From: an uncultured virus (IMG/VR IMGVR_UViG_3300035698_026266) | Taxonomy: Duplodnaviria > Heunggongvirae > Uroviricota > Caudoviricetes | Length of the DNA stretch: 64,000 nucleotides | Virus record (IMG/VR): IMGVR_UViG_3300035698_026266 | Reading direction: 5' to 3' (one strand) | Shown here: positions 1 to 8,755 of the stretch, piece by piece | Numbering within the stretch: position 1 is the stretch's first letter | How the letters are laid out: every line of letters begins with the position of its first letter | Notes under the pieces: model-generated | Database searches by the model: none | Seen by the model: only the letters and a program-made list of their open reading frames with translations | What the model was told of the DNA's origin: nothing | Program-made: the position numbers and the translations under genes

Positions 1-1
1 A

Positions 2-622
2 ACATTTACTATTCAAAACACTGGCGATGCAACCCTCAATCTTTCTGGTGATCCTATTGTGGCACTTAGTGGCGCAAATGCGGATGACTTTGCTGTAACG
101 GAACAACCAGCCTCTACGATAGCTTCTGGTGAATCTGATACCTTTACAGTAACATTCACACCGTCTGCTTCTGGTGAAAGGGTTGCCTCCGTTTCTATTA
201 CTAATGATGATACAGATGAAAACCCTTATACTTTTTCCATAAAAGGATTGGGAGTAGAAGAAGAAGTAGAAGAAGAAGAAGATGGAGAAGAAGAAATTGT
301 CGTTGTAGACACTCCTGATCCACCTTCTACTATAATCCCTGTAATTGTTTTTCAAGTTAATTTGTATCCAAGCGGAACCGCTGTGGAAACAGCGACAGTT
401 GGTCCAAAAACGTCTTCAAGAACAACGTCTGTAAGGAGCATTATTGATAAAACTTTATTAGACGACCAACAAGATTTGCACGTTAGAGAATCATACAACA
501 GTCCACATAGAAATGGCGAACAATTCACTTTGCAAGGGTTAGAGGCGCTTGCAGTCAAAAACAGAATGACGAATGGTATCGCCAATGATATTTCTAGTAC
601 ACCTTTAATGATTGTTGAATGA
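2..622 (+). CDS. 5'-partial protein with Ig-like (choice-of-anchor D/ASH-like) domain, acidic linker and C-terminal phage domain; probable virion/surface protein
   Basis: Frame open from window start: [16 protein letters not shown]...[36 protein letters not shown], then [13 protein letters not shown]. Confidence 0.65.
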   Translation, partial: TFTIQNTGDATLNLSGDPIVALSGANADDFAVTEQPASTIASGESDTFTVTFTPSASGERVASVSITNDDTDENPYTFSIKGLGVEEEVEEEEDGEEEIVVVDTPDPPSTIIPVIVFQVNLYPSGTAVETATVGPKTSSRTTSVRSIIDKTLLDDQQDLHVRESYNSPHRNGEQFTLQGLEALAVKNRMTNGIANDISSTPLMIVE

Positions 623-1228
623 ATTTTGATGGAATAAAGGATACTTCTTCTTGTTAGTGGCAAATTCTTTTGATTGTTCCCACCCATGAACTTTATTGAT
701 CGTTTTTTGATCTGGAGTCATGGTTACTCCGTTTTTGTTTAAAAACTTAATTAGTTTATTCCCATACAAAAAACCATCGCCGGATGCGGAATCTGCAAAA
801 TAATCATCTGGTTCTAATCCAATATATTGATTTTCATGATCGTAATCCTGATCGCTTTTATATTTGGGGATTTCGTTTTCTTCGTCTTTAATTATCACAA
901 GTAATCCATGATTTCTAATATCATTATCACTAACATCATGAAAAGATTTTTTTAGTTTTTGTCCTACATGATGCATCATTCCATTTACTGATTTACTCAA
1001 ACTCGCCTTATCTGCCATAAAAACAGGTACTTCTTTATCTTTAGCATAATCTTTCCAATGTTTTTCATCATCAAAAGATGAAGCATAAGCATCATGTACA
1101 AAAGACTTGCTGTCATCTGCATCTGATCCGAAAAGTCCTACCTTTTTAATTGAATCCAAATTGTCGATAACAGTTCCATGATATAAAGTTTTTTCCGAAA
1201 CCAACCAAGATTTAAAGCTCATTTTCAT
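605..1228 (-). CDS. Putative ADP-ribosyltransferase-like virion-associated protein
   Basis: Likely start [17 protein letters not shown] motif followed by IKKVGL; TAGATA-N5-ATG upstream. Confidence 0.45.
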   Translation of the reverse strand: MKMSFKSWLVSEKTLYHGTVIDNLDSIKKVGLFGSDADDSKSFVHDAYASSFDDEKHWKDYAKDKEVPVFMADKASLSKSVNGMMHHVGQKLKKSFHDVSDNDIRNHGLLVIIKDEENEIPKYKSDQDYDHENQYIGLEPDDYFADSASGDGFLYGNKLIKFLNKNGVTMTPDQKTINKVHGWEQSKEFATNKKKYPLFHQNSFNNH

Positions 1229-1314
1229 TATTCTATCTATTGCTATTACAAATAATTTTGTTATCATGGAAGTCTTAGAGAACTTTAATATGTTTAAATT
1301 ATTATAAAGGAATT

Positions 1315-1539
1315 TTGAATATGAATATGTTATTGGTAGCAGCAAAAAAAGGATTTGAGGCTAAAAGATTTGAAGCATTGGCGAATTTAGAAATATTGTT
1401 TAATAATTCAGTAGGTATTGGGGAACATTCTGATATACAAGAAGAAATAACAAAATGGGTTGACCAATTAGCAGGTTCAGAGGATGCTGTTGCTGCTTTA
1501 GATGCTAATTTCACCATAGAAGGTAAAGTTAAAAATTAA
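1315..1539 (+). CDS. Small conserved phage hypothetical protein
   Basis: ORF with AAGGA SD; ANLEILFNNSVGIGEHSDIQEEI resembles a family common in T4-like phages. Confidence 0.6.
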   Translation: MNMNMLLVAAKKGFEAKRFEALANLEILFNNSVGIGEHSDIQEEITKWVDQLAGSEDAVAALDANFTIEGKVKN

Positions 1540-1627
1540 TTAGTAATCCTTAAAGAACTTGGGAGATTAGTGAGACAAATTAAAAACATTACGCAAACAC
1601 GACAAGAAACTGTGGTTGAAGAACAAG

Positions 1628-2011
1628 TTACTCAGCAGTAATGTCCCCCACCGTATTATCTAATATGAATGTATAACTCAGTATGCGGACCACTTTGCCT
1701 CCTAACAACGTATCAGATTGCGATACAGTCATTTTGACTGGTAGATCGGCAGAATCCGAAGCTATTATATCTTCATAGGCTTGTTTAGAAATGCCATAAA
1801 GCAATTTACGAAAATCAGAACTACCTCCTGTTTCAGCAGCTTCTGCTTCTGTGAAATCGTGAATATCAGATATTGGTATTGCAAAATATGCACCGTTAGT
1901 TAAAGTTGTCCCTGTTATACCATGTGACGCAAGCGTGTCGGTATCATTTGCTGTCGAAGGTATTAAGACATAATTTGCCAAATTAGACGTTATATTTTGA
2001 TCGTATGCCAT
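1628..2011 (-). CDS. Hypothetical, possibly structural protein
   Basis: MAYDQN start with TAAATA-N5-ATG; Ala/Thr/Ser/Asp-rich, Lys-poor composition. Confidence 0.5.
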   Translation of the reverse strand: MAYDQNITSNLANYVLIPSTANDTDTLASHGITGTTLTNGAYFAIPISDIHDFTEAEAAETGGSSDFRKLLYGISKQAYEDIIASDSADLPVKMTVSQSDTLLGGKVVRILSYTFILDNTVGDITAE

Positions 2012-2074
2012 AAATATATTTATGTTTGACAAATAAATTTACAATTATTATAATTTATAAAAAGGTGTTTTAAT

Positions 2075-2272
2075 ATGAAAACAGATACAAAAGAGAAAGA
2101 AAAATTTACCCCATTAACAGATTTTGAAATAGAAGAAATAATTAAAAGAAATATAGGCAAGAAAAGGGTTCCCATATGTGATAGTGTAATTCCCATAAAC
2201 CACGCTGGATGTGCCTGTTTGACCATGAATGGCCCTAGTGTTTGTGACGGCAATGGGCCAATCCTGGTTTGA
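2075..2272 (+). CDS. Cys-rich 65-aa peptide, candidate RiPP precursor for the adjacent radical SAM enzyme
   Basis: AAGGTG SD; charged helical N-half and C-half ICDSVIPINHAGCACLTMNGPSVCDGNGPILV with 4 Cys. Confidence 0.5.
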   Translation: MKTDTKEKEKFTPLTDFEIEEIIKRNIGKKRVPICDSVIPINHAGCACLTMNGPSVCDGNGPILV

Positions 2273-2302
2273 AATTACCCATTCTCTGGCTTGCAAGACA
2301 TT
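2262..2302 (+). repeat. 41-bp direct repeat, copy 1 (copy 2 at 5733-5773)
   Basis: TCCTG(G/A)TTTGAAATTACCCATTCTCTGGCTTGCAAGACATT, 40/41 identical. Confidence 0.95.
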
Positions 2303-2321
2303 TACTTTTTAAGAATCAAAA

Positions 2322-3512
2322 ATGAATTATAATAGATACGTTTTAGAAACCAAGTTAAACAATAGAAAAGTTTTATTAAACACTGTCACTAAAAAAGTGT
2401 TACCCATATCTTGTTCAAAACAAGACATGAAGGATAATTATTTTTTAAAAGAACAAGAAGATGAAGTAGTTGCTTTTCATTTAAAAAAGAAAAGAAGTTC
2501 TTTGAATTTGAATTTGATTCCTACTTGGAATTGCAACTTGAGATGTAAACATTGTGTTGTTTTAACTAAACTAGATGAAAAAACAAATAAATCCAATTTA
2601 GAACATGTCTTTAAATTTTTAGATAAATATTTTGAGAAAGAAAAAACACAAAAAAGTCTATCAATAGGTATTGCTGGTGGTGAAACATTTTTGGCCATTG
2701 ATTTTTCATTGAAAATATTAAAAATACAAGATGAAATAGCCTCTAAATATGGATTGGAAACATATTCTTCTGTTACGACGAATGGAATTTTTGATTTCAA
2801 TGAAAAAGAAGTAGAATTCATTGAAAAAGTTGATGGGATAGTGGTAAGTTTAGACGGGAACAAAGAAGAACATAACGATCAAAGAAAAGCTTATAAAAAA
2901 AGCATTGTTGATCCTTTCGAAAAAACCATATCTACTATCAAAAAAATAGTAGATATGGGCTACAGAAACAAATTGTTTGTTCAAGCTGCAATAAAAGATG
3001 AGAACTATTCTATAGAAAATTATAAGAATTTTCTAAGAACTTTATTGAAAATAGGTGTCAAAAACGAAAATATAACTTATGGTTGTATTCATCCCACTAA
3101 TCATGATTCAAATCCACAGGGAAACTTTATTAAAGATTTGAAAAAAGTAAAACCTTATCCGATCCCTTGTTGTAAATATCGTTTTTCTTCTAGTCTCACA
3201 ATAGACACAGACGGCAAAATATATGACAGTTATTACACAATGGATGAAGGGTCTTGTTTAGGCACACTGGAAGATGAACCTGAAACAATAGAAAAAAACA
3301 GTTATAAGAATATACTAAAAACAATGCCTGTCTTGCAAGACGAAAAGTGTAAAACCTGTCCAGTTATAGGAATGTGTTGGGGAAAATGTGTGAATGGCGG
3401 AGAACAACATTTAACTCCTAGTAAATATTGTAACCAACAAGGTTTAATAGAATATTCTAAAGATTTAGCAGAAAAAGGCGAATTGATTAAAGTATTAGGA
3501 ATCAATGTTTAA
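2322..3512 (+). CDS. Radical SAM/SPASM domain peptide maturase-like enzyme
   Basis: CNLRCKHC (CX3CX2C), GGE, TTNG, VSLDG motifs; C-terminal CKTCPVIGMCWGKC...YC SPASM cysteines; short N-terminal RRE-like segment. Confidence 0.9.
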   Translation: MNYNRYVLETKLNNRKVLLNTVTKKVLPISCSKQDMKDNYFLKEQEDEVVAFHLKKKRSSLNLNLIPTWNCNLRCKHCVVLTKLDEKTNKSNLEHVFKFLDKYFEKEKTQKSLSIGIAGGETFLAIDFSLKILKIQDEIASKYGLETYSSVTTNGIFDFNEKEVEFIEKVDGIVVSLDGNKEEHNDQRKAYKKSIVDPFEKTISTIKKIVDMGYRNKLFVQAAIKDENYSIENYKNFLRTLLKIGVKNENITYGCIHPTNHDSNPQGNFIKDLKKVKPYPIPCCKYRFSSSLTIDTDGKIYDSYYTMDEGSCLGTLEDEPETIEKNSYKNILKTMPVLQDEKCKTCPVIGMCWGKCVNGGEQHLTPSKYCNQQGLIEYSKDLAEKGELIKVLGINV

Positions 3513-4610
3513 ATATTTATTTTCTCCCTTCCAAAAGAAATCAAATTTTGACACTCCTGTAGTTATGAATTTGTTTTCAACTAAGTTTGCTTTAACATTT
3601 TCTTTTTCCCAAAAATCAATTACATGAATTGGTGGTTCACCAATATACAAAACATCAATATACTCTTTTTTTTGAACACATTGAAAAAAGAGAGTGTTTT
3701 TAATTATTTTGTTTTTAGAAAAAACGTCAGGTAAATATGTTTTTTTATTAAAACGTATAGCATGTTCTTTATGTGGCGTAAAAGAAAAATCCAATCTGTT
3801 TTTACCACAATTACATTTTTTTATCCCTTTATGAATTATAAAATCATCATCGTTTTTTGAAGTTTCTTCAATCAAATTAAGTAGGTTAAAGCATTTTTCG
3901 CCTTTGCTGTAAAACAAAGGTAAAAAATGCTTTTGATTGTGGTTACAGGTGTAAAAATTTGTGCCATTTACCCAATTAATCATATTATTGTTTATGACAA
4001 TGTTTTGATTTGTGTTGATAGGTGTCCATCCTGTGGTTGAAATGGAATTTATTTTGTCTTTATATTTGTTTATGAAATCTTCATAATAATCTAAATTATT
4101 GTAAAGAAACAAACAATTTGGATTCATCGTGAGGGAAATAGAACCAAACTTATCAATCAAACAAGACAAGGAATTAATCATAAATTTATAATTTTCCTTA
4201 TTTTTATAATTTGTGACGCATTGATAATTGAATTTTATTGTTTGAGGCATTTTTAGTTCTTTTGCTGATCCAAACATAAATTCTGTTTCCGTATTTGGAA
4301 AGGTTAGAAATGGATCGTGTATTAAACAGACAATGCCTCTTGTATTTTTTACATATTTTTCTAAACTTCTAATCCAAAAAGTAGGCAAAGGTCCAAAATC
4401 ATAAAATCTAAATTTCCCTGTGCTTCCACTAGTATTCATTTTGAATTTGTCTTTACATCTTCTTGTTGAATATTTAAATATTTCGTATATTTCTTCAATG
4501 TCTTTATCATAATTAATATAATCATATTCAAAAATGGAATTTCTTAAACATTTCGCATTTTTCAATGAAGGAGTTGCATAGTATTTTTTATAGTTTTCTA
4601 CTAGTTGCAT
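3495..4610 (-). CDS. Phenylacetate-CoA ligase/ANL-like adenylation protein
   Basis: TSGSTG P-loop motif and CNCGKNR motif typical of PaaK-like proteins. Confidence 0.6.
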   Translation of the reverse strand: MQLVENYKKYYATPSLKNAKCLRNSIFEYDYINYDKDIEEIYEIFKYSTRRCKDKFKMNTSGSTGKFRFYDFGPLPTFWIRSLEKYVKNTRGIVCLIHDPFLTFPNTETEFMFGSAKELKMPQTIKFNYQCVTNYKNKENYKFMINSLSCLIDKFGSISLTMNPNCLFLYNNLDYYEDFINKYKDKINSISTTGWTPINTNQNIVINNNMINWVNGTNFYTCNHNQKHFLPLFYSKGEKCFNLLNLIEETSKNDDDFIIHKGIKKCNCGKNRLDFSFTPHKEHAIRFNKKTYLPDVFSKNKIIKNTLFFQCVQKKEYIDVLYIGEPPIHVIDFWEKENVKANLVENKFITTGVSKFDFFWKGENKYLNIDS

Positions 4611-4642
4611 GTGTTTTTCCTGCCAGCTTACTAAATATTAAC

Positions 4643-5173
4643 ATGAAAACATTCAATCAATATATAGAATATAGTAAATGTCGACCTTATATAGCGGAAG
4701 CAGCAAATTTGATGGTAGAGTTGGATGCTGATCCCAATAAAACAATTCATAATTGGTTAGAATCAAAATTGGAAGAAGGGTTTTTTAAAAATTTGGGTAG
4801 AGGCATATGGAGAGGGGGCAAACAGGTTGCAGGAGGCATTGCAGCCGGTGCAGGTCAAGCCCATGATGCAATGGCAGGTCCACAAGCCAAATATGATGCT
4901 GCGGAGAATTCTTTGCAAAAATTAGTGGATTCAATGATGAAAAACCCACAATTGCTTAAGATGCCCGGTAAACATCCAGATGGCACATTGTCGTCTCAAT
5001 TAAAAGGATTGGTTACACAGCTTCAACAACAAAAAGATATGGTCCCTAAATTAATGGCACAAACGGCTCAAAACAATTACCAACAGACAGGGCAACCTAA
5101 TCAAGCAGGGAAATCTTATAATATGGGGATCAATAATGACACATATCCGTCAGATCAACAAGAGGCTATTTGA
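4643..5173 (+). CDS. Probable internal virion protein
   Basis: MKTFNQYIE N-terminus, LEEG motif, Gly/Ala/Gln-rich; TAAATA-N5-ATG. Confidence 0.5.
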   Translation: MKTFNQYIEYSKCRPYIAEAANLMVELDADPNKTIHNWLESKLEEGFFKNLGRGIWRGGKQVAGGIAAGAGQAHDAMAGPQAKYDAAENSLQKLVDSMMKNPQLLKMPGKHPDGTLSSQLKGLVTQLQQQKDMVPKLMAQTAQNNYQQTGQPNQAGKSYNMGINNDTYPSDQQEAI

Positions 5174-5198
5174 GTTCAAAACTTTTTACACATGTCGC

Positions 5199-5226
5199 TT
5201 GACAAACGATTTGTTCGTGCTAAGAT
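5199..5226 (+). promoter_or_regulatory. Sigma70-like promoter of the leader peptide/tRNA array
   Basis: TTGACA-N16-TAAGAT with TG extended -10. Confidence 0.6.
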
Positions 5227-5279
5227 AAACGAGTTGAGAAAAAATTCAAAAACGTACTATATAATAAAAGAGAATTAAA

Positions 5280-5372
5280 ATGAAGATTCAGGTAAGACAT
5301 TTCGAAGCAGCAATAAACCCCGTTAGTGGGGCAGTAGCTGCCGAACGTCCAATGGGTGAAGATATCACCTGA
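5280..5372 (+). CDS. 30-aa leader peptide MKIQVRHFEAAINPVSGAVAAERPMGEDIT (below the ORF-track cutoff)
   Basis: ATG 5280 to TGA 5370-5372, immediately followed by alternative hairpins and a terminator. Confidence 0.7.
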   Translation: MKIQVRHFEAAINPVSGAVAAERPMGEDIT

Positions 5373-5465
5373 ATCTCAAGCGATAAAATAAGCTTGGGAT
5401 ATTAAACCTGAGCATTAAAGTTAGTATTAATCGTTCAGGCAAAAAAGTCTGAACGATTTTTTTTT
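5373..5465 (+). terminator. Attenuator: mutually exclusive hairpins ending in an intrinsic terminator abutting the first tRNA
   Basis: 1:2 = ATCTCAAGC/GCTTGGGAT; 2:3 = GCTTGGG/CCTGAGC; 3:4 = CCTGAGC/GTTCAGG; 4:5 = AATCGTTCAGGC/GTCTGAACGATT followed by a T run. Confidence 0.75.
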
Positions 5466-5538
5466 GGCGGTATAGCTTAGTGGTTAAAGCAGCGCCCTCA
5501 TAAGGCGAAGATCGTTGGTTCGAATCCAACTACCGCTA
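5466..5538 (+). tRNA. tRNA-Met(CAT), probably elongator (Ile2 not excluded)
   Basis: Cloverleaf; loop CT-CAT-AA; GGTTCGAATCC. Confidence 0.9.
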
Positions 5539-5664
5539 CTTTGGTAAAATAATTACCAAATCGTTTGTTGAAAAACAGCGAATTGTACTTTGAAAAGTGA
5601 ATATGCACTGTATAATAACGTTGATAAATGACTGGCTCATTATGCATGTAATGAGTCAGTTTGA

Positions 5665-5738
5665 CAGGGCGTGGCCTAATTTGGTAAGGCTCTTGGTTTG
5701 GGACCAAGCGATTGTAGGTTCAAATCCTACCGTCCTGA
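5665..5738 (+). tRNA. tRNA-Pro(TGG) copy 1
   Basis: CTTGG-TT-TGG-GA-CCAAG anticodon arm; acceptor CAGGGCG/CGTCCTG. Confidence 0.92.
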
Positions 5739-5773
5739 TTTGAAATTACCCATTCTCTGGCTTGCAAGACATT
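5733..5773 (+). repeat. 41-bp direct repeat, copy 2; overlaps the tRNA-Pro 3' end and the left arm of a 15-bp hairpin
   Basis: Matches 2262-2302; CTGGCTTGCAAGACA/TGTCTTGCAAGCCAG inverted repeat follows. Confidence 0.95.
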
Positions 5774-5800
5774 CTTCTTATGTCTTGCAAGCCAGTTTGA

Positions 5801-5874
5801 CAGAGCGTGGCCTAATTTGGTAAGGCTCTTGGTTTGGGACCAAGTGATTGCAGGTTCAAATCCTGTCGCTCTGA
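5801..5874 (+). tRNA. tRNA-Pro(TGG) copy 2
   Basis: Near-duplicate of 5665-5738 with compensatory stem changes. Confidence 0.92.
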
Positions 5875-5915
5875 TTTGTGTTGTTTAATTTAATTGTTTT
5901 GTAAAGGATAAAAAA

Positions 5916-6101
5916 ATGAGTGATAATTTTCGTTCAGTGTCAGATTTTTATGAAGAACTAACAGAAGAATTAAAGGAAGCTAGTGGGGAACGTTATATAG
6001 AAATTAGACGTGACTTGGCTTCAATAGGCAGTTTGAAAATGGAACAGTTGATATTGATTGACAAATTGATGAAAATAGAATTTGACAAAGGTTCTAAATA
6101 A
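5916..6101 (+). CDS. Hypothetical protein
   Basis: AAGGA SD, ATG ORF. Confidence 0.55.
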   Translation: MSDNFRSVSDFYEELTEELKEASGERYIEIRRDLASIGSLKMEQLILIDKLMKIEFDKGSK

Positions 6102-6303
6102 AAATGTTACGTCGTGGTATAAAAAAAAGCAGTTGGTTTCCAATAAGAAGATATAATACGGTTTCCTCTAGCGGTTTAATTTGCTTTTGGCATAGTTGTA
6201 CTAACATTCGAAACACTCGTAATTACTCCGATTCTGGTAAAACGAGAACGACCAGTAGTTTTGATTTTGTTTTACCAAATTATAGATTTTAATTTTTTAA
6301 TAC

Positions 6304-6375
6304 AGTCCCTTAATTCAGCGGTAGAATGTTGCTGTTACATGGCAAACGTCGTCGGTTCGAATCCGGCAGGGACTA
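6304..6375 (+). tRNA. tRNA-Val(TAC)
   Basis: Acceptor AGTCCCT/AGGGACT; loop GT-TAC-AT; GGTTCGAATCC. Confidence 0.85.
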
Positions 6376-6386
6376 TTGTTTAATTC

Positions 6387-6461
6387 GCCCCTATCGTCTA
6401 GTCTGGTTTAGGACATCTGATTTTCAGTCAGATTACATCGGTTCAAATCCGGTTAGGGGTA
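6387..6461 (+). tRNA. tRNA-Glu(TTC)
   Basis: TCTGA-TT-TTC-AG-TCAGA; GTCTAG...AGGAC D-arm. Confidence 0.9.
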
Positions 6462-6475
6462 TTTTTGAAATTTAG

Positions 6476-6546
6476 GCTCTTAAAGTGTTTCGGCAGCACG
6501 TCTGATTGTCTATCAGAGGGGCGGGGTTCGATTCCCCGTAAGAGCG
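6476..6546 (+). tRNA. tRNA-Asp(GTC)
   Basis: TCTGA-TT-GTC-TA-TCAGA; acceptor GCTCTTA/TAAGAGC, G73. Confidence 0.85.
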
Positions 6547-6551
6547 TTCAT

Positions 6552-6624
6552 GGTCCCTTAGTTCAGTTGGTAGAACGTTTGTACGACACACAAAAGGTCA
6601 TAGGTTCAAATCCTATAGGGGCCA
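6552..6624 (+). tRNA. tRNA-Val(GAC)
   Basis: TTTGT-AC-GAC-AC-ACAAA (C at position 33); canonical D and T arms. Confidence 0.85.
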
Positions 6625-6906
6625 TTTTGGAATTCTACTTGATGAAAAAAAATGAAACATTTTAAAAAATCAGCAATTTTAGGGGATTCTACTTTTAAGG
6701 AAAGAACAGTATTTGATACTTCTTTTCAATCTAAACTTTCGATTGGATTGTATTATAGTAGGATACATGAAAAGCCGTACAATACTGTAAATTGTTATAG
6801 GTATTGTATTTCTGCTTATACTGAAAATACATTCTTTAGTTTTAACAATTTTGTTTTTTCTCATATAGTTTTTAGAAAAGCCAGTTTCAGAAAGCCTTTT
6901 TATTGA

Positions 6907-6978
6907 TGCTTTGTCGTCTAAGTCTAGGACGCCTGTACATACATTCGGGAAATTTTGGTTCAATTCCAAACAAGGCAA
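6907..6978 (+). tRNA. Degenerate tRNA with undetermined anticodon
   Basis: Acceptor TGCTTTG/CAAGGCA, D-arm GTCT/GGAC and T-arm GGTTCAATTCC intact; anticodon arm irregular (about 10-nt loop). Confidence 0.6.
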
Positions 6979-7017
6979 TTTGTTTTAGAATAATCGTTTT
7001 AAAATAAGGATTTATAC

Positions 7018-7428
7018 ATGAGAGAAAAAACAAAACATTGCAACACTTGGTGTCTACAAGATGCATCTTATTATGTTGAGAAAAACAAAAACCCAATTGA
7101 TATTATTGACGTTTATTGTTTTCTAAACGAAAGTGTGAACGAAGCTGTATCGTCAGCTACTTTGAATTCAGATAATTTTTTTGAAGCAAATATAATATTT
7201 CCAGAAGACATAAAGGATAAGAAAAAGTTTTTCGAAAAATGTTCAGAAATTTTAAAAGAAAAAGGGTTTTCGTCAAGAGAATCTTATGATGCAGAAGCTC
7301 AAAAAGATTCTATTATTGTTTCTTGGGGAAAAGAAGATCATTGCGGTACTCTTTGTAAAAAAAATAAAAATAAATTTAAAAAACAAAGAACTTTATTCGA
7401 TATGTTTAAATTTTTTGCCAAGCATTGA
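7018..7428 (+). CDS. Hypothetical protein
   Basis: AAGGA SD, 136-aa ORF. Confidence 0.55.
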   Translation: MREKTKHCNTWCLQDASYYVEKNKNPIDIIDVYCFLNESVNEAVSSATLNSDNFFEANIIFPEDIKDKKKFFEKCSEILKEKGFSSRESYDAEAQKDSIIVSWGKEDHCGTLCKKNKNKFKKQRTLFDMFKFFAKH

Positions 7429-7433
7429 AGTGA

Positions 7434-7506
7434 CAGAATGTGGTCTAATTCGGCGATGATACTCGACATGGGTCGGGTAATACAGGTTCAAATCCTGTCA
7501 TTCTGA
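7434..7506 (+). tRNA. tRNA-Pro-like with a 6-nt anticodon loop (degenerate/atypical)
   Basis: Acceptor CAGAATG/CATTCTG; CTCGA-CATGGG-TCGGG; ACAGGTTCAAATCCTGT. Confidence 0.65.
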
Positions 7507-7695
7507 TTTCGGAAAAACAATTATTGTCTAATTTTCTAGATGTCGTTTTTGTATGTAATAAGAAAGAAAACAACTAGCGAATAGATAATTGATGTATAAG
7601 TAAATCTTGGTGTTCCCTCTCTCATTTTTGTAATGATGACGCACCCAAGATATGACGCTAAAAAGCGTTGCGGCGATGTAGTGTTGTCGCTAAAA

Positions 7696-7767
7696 GGGGC
7701 CATGATGAAATTGATATCATGACGCACTTGCAATGCGTTTTTCGGAGTTTGAATCTCCGTGGCTCCA
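7696..7767 (+). tRNA. tRNA-Ala(TGC)
   Basis: ACGCA-CT-TGC-AA-TGCGT; G3:U70 and A73. Confidence 0.88.
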
Positions 7768-7817
7768 TTAGAAAATTTTTTAGTTCAATTTTAATTGGTT
7801 CCATACTATTACAATGT

Positions 7818-8633
7818 ATGGAAAATAAAAAATGTCAGTATTGTGAAAAAGAATTTAAAAATATTAAAGGTCGTGTATTTTCAAACCATGTTCGATGGTG
7901 TGAAAAAAATCCTTCATGAAATAATACAGAAAATATATCTAAAGGTAACTGCAATCATTACGATGAAAAACTTGGTAAAAAAAAGACATTTGAAGTTTCA
8001 TGTAATGGTTGTGGAATTATTTTCAAAGTAGTTGAAAGAGAAAAACTTCATCCTAAAAAACAGATTTATAATTGTAGTAGATCGTGTGCTAATCAAAGAA
8101 TTCACTCAAAAGAAACTAAAGAAAAAATAAAAAAATCATTGTCTGGAAGAATTATACCAACAAGATATAAGAAGAAAAAACTTCCACGGCAAGCTAGAAT
8201 TTGTGCTGGTTGTAATGATTTTTTCCATACAATATTTTCTTCTAAACAAAAATATTGTTCATCAACATGTAGAAGGGCAGATCAAAAATCTACTGATGCT
8301 TATGTAGCTTACTACAATGAATGTAAATTTAAGTTTCACGTTTATCATTTTCCAGAAGAATTTGATTTGTCATTGTTGGAACAGCATGGATGGTATAAAG
8401 CTAAGAACAATGGAGATAATTTAAAAGGTGTCTCTAGAGATCATAAAATTTCAGTAAAGCATGGGTGGAAAAATGATATACCTTCGGATGTAATTCGTCA
8501 TCCTGCTAATTGTGAATTAATGTTGCATAGCGACAATTCTTCTAAATCAGATGGTTGTAGTATTGATTTAGAAGAATTTTTAAAAGAAATCAAAATTTGG
8601 AATGCAAAGCATCCAAAAGCAGCAAGTTTGTAA
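7818..8633 (+). pseudogene. Zn-finger/NUMOD3-like HNH homing endonuclease with one in-frame TGA (7917-7919)
   Basis: One frame from MENKKCQYC through HVRWCEKNPS*NN, CSRSCAN, HSKETKEKIKKSL to SRDHKISV...HPANCELM..DNSSK. Confidence 0.7.
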
Positions 8634-8755
8634 ATATTGAGTTTTACATCTTATGATTTATAGAGTATGCTCTTATAAGTTTTACTTTAGGAGGGTCGTC
8701 ATGAATGATGTTTGGGATAAAAAAACATGATTTTTTTTACAAAGGATGATAAGAC

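Noticed and set aside
2262..5773. Repeat GTTTGAAAT...CAAGAC resembling a CRISPR repeat
   Set aside because: Only two copies 3.4 kb apart, no spacer periodicity and no cas genes.
5498..7919. ORF-track entries overlapping tRNAs (5498-5707, 6465-6665, 6679-6978, 5' part of 7668-7919)
   Set aside because: Shadow ORFs of tRNA genes.
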